From Podarcis cretensis (taxonomy: Eukaryota): DNA of 64,000 nt. The notes beneath the pieces were generated by a model, which saw only the letters and a list, made by a program, of their open reading frames with translations, had not been told where the DNA came from and made no database searches. Position 1 is the first letter of the stretch, and each line of letters starts with the position of its first letter. The position numbers and the translations under genes are program-made. The stretch spans positions 102,486,001 to 102,550,000 of the forward strand of contig OX638149.1 in NCBI GenBank assembly GCA_951804945.1. Reading direction: 5' to 3'. Of the stretch, positions 62,793 through 64,000 are shown in pieces.

Positions 62793-64000
62793 GGCCAACT
62801 AAGACATAAATTGAGATCTTTGGTGCACTTACTTGAAAGCAACATAGTTCAGGACATTTTGGTGACCAAGGCACAGAATCCATATGGCACATAAAATTAT
62901 GGTATTATAACAATCTAAACAATAGACCACTTGCGACCCTTTCATAGTACTCCAAAGTCTCCCACTTGAGGAAGATCACCTTATGCTGTCTTAATAGGGA
63001 GAGACAGCCTTGTTAGAAAGCAAACTCCAGTGAAATCAATGCTAATTGCATTAGTCAGAGAACTGCAATGTTTCCTCCTTAATTTTAAAGGTATTTAGCC
63101 CCTTACTAAGCTATCTACAGTATGACCTTTTCATAAAATCAGCTTCAAAGTTCTTTTTTGTAGTTTCTCCAAACTTCCTACACTTTGCATCAAAAGTGAT
63201 AAAACACAAATGTCAAACTTTATTAGTTCTGTTATCACCAGGCATTATTCTATTTCTTTTTCCCTTTCTGCTTCATTGTATGTATGCTAAGATCTGGAAT
63301 ATTTCCAGTCATTCTCACTATCATTTAGTCCTTAAAACCCAGAACAGACATTTAAACTGAGGAAAGCAGGGGAGAGAATCCATGCACTCACAACACATTT
63401 TGCCTGCAGATGCAGAGGCAACAGAGTCTGAAGATGAATTCTTGTAGTTTTCAACCGATGGTATCCATGTGATAGACTCAGTATAATTAAATAAGGGGGA
63501 AAATATAGCATCTTGGGTATTCCTTTGTGAGTAAAAGATTGAGCTACAGAGAGAGAGAAAAGTCCACAAGTGATTAGCAGCTGATTTTTATGAGAATTTT
63601 TCTACACCTCTAATTTGATCCCCCCCACCCCATATCTGTAATGAGTGCAGTGATGTTTGTTGCTTCAGTTTCATCCCAGCATCATTCCCCGTGTCATTAC
63701 CATATGTATGCTCAGTGGTTTGCTGAACTTAAAACACCAAAGAGCTTGTAAAAATGTGGCTCTTATGGCATCACAGATAGCAGGGTTTTTTTGGTATTAG
63801 ATTTCTGTGAACCTTAACGCTGCCATTTCCATATCTCAAGGCTGTTTCATGCAAATGTTGGATCTAGGTAGTGCCACAAACAAGCCAGCGTAATATATCA
63901 GTAACTTTGTTTTGGAGGAAAAGAAAAGAAAAGAAAGACTTTTGAACATACAGGAAATATTAGTACATCAAACGCAGTGAAAGACAAGGTAGTTTAACTT

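Larger units (their letters stand above)
3161..64000 (+). other. ARHGAP15: Long ARHGAP15 intron (continues beyond the window)
   Basis: GT donor at 3161. I did not find the expected next exon (ITTVSGNEFLLQSD-like) in the window; the orthologous mammalian intron is very long. Confidence 0.75.

Overview
Eukaryotic (vertebrate) genomic DNA from a squamate reptile, most likely a lacertid lizard (inferred from Sauria SINEs and the accompanying CR1/L2/L1/RTE and MITE families). The only host coding sequence I can support is one 90-nt, phase 0-0 internal exon (3071-3160, + strand) of ARHGAP15, encoding part of the PH domain. The rest of the window appears to be intron of that gene (a very long intron follows this exon in mammals too). 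The intron is filled with transposons: Sauria SINEs, CORE/MIR-like SINEs, tRNA/CR1-tail SINEs, 5'-truncated L1, CR1, L2 and RTE LINEs, Tigger/pogo-like and hAT MITEs, and one solo LTR. It also holds microsatellites, local tandem duplications, two assembly gaps and several repeat-free blocks that may be conserved regulatory elements. The most striking observation is the 825-bp solo LTR (26418-27242, minus strand). Its whole putative U3 is an uninterrupted 219+ codon ORF with an acidic N-terminus, S/T-P repeats and an Arg-rich Rev-like C-terminus, which makes it a candidate LTR-encoded accessory protein. Repeat family names are from recall of motifs, not from database searches. Almost all other ORFs in the supplied track look spurious.
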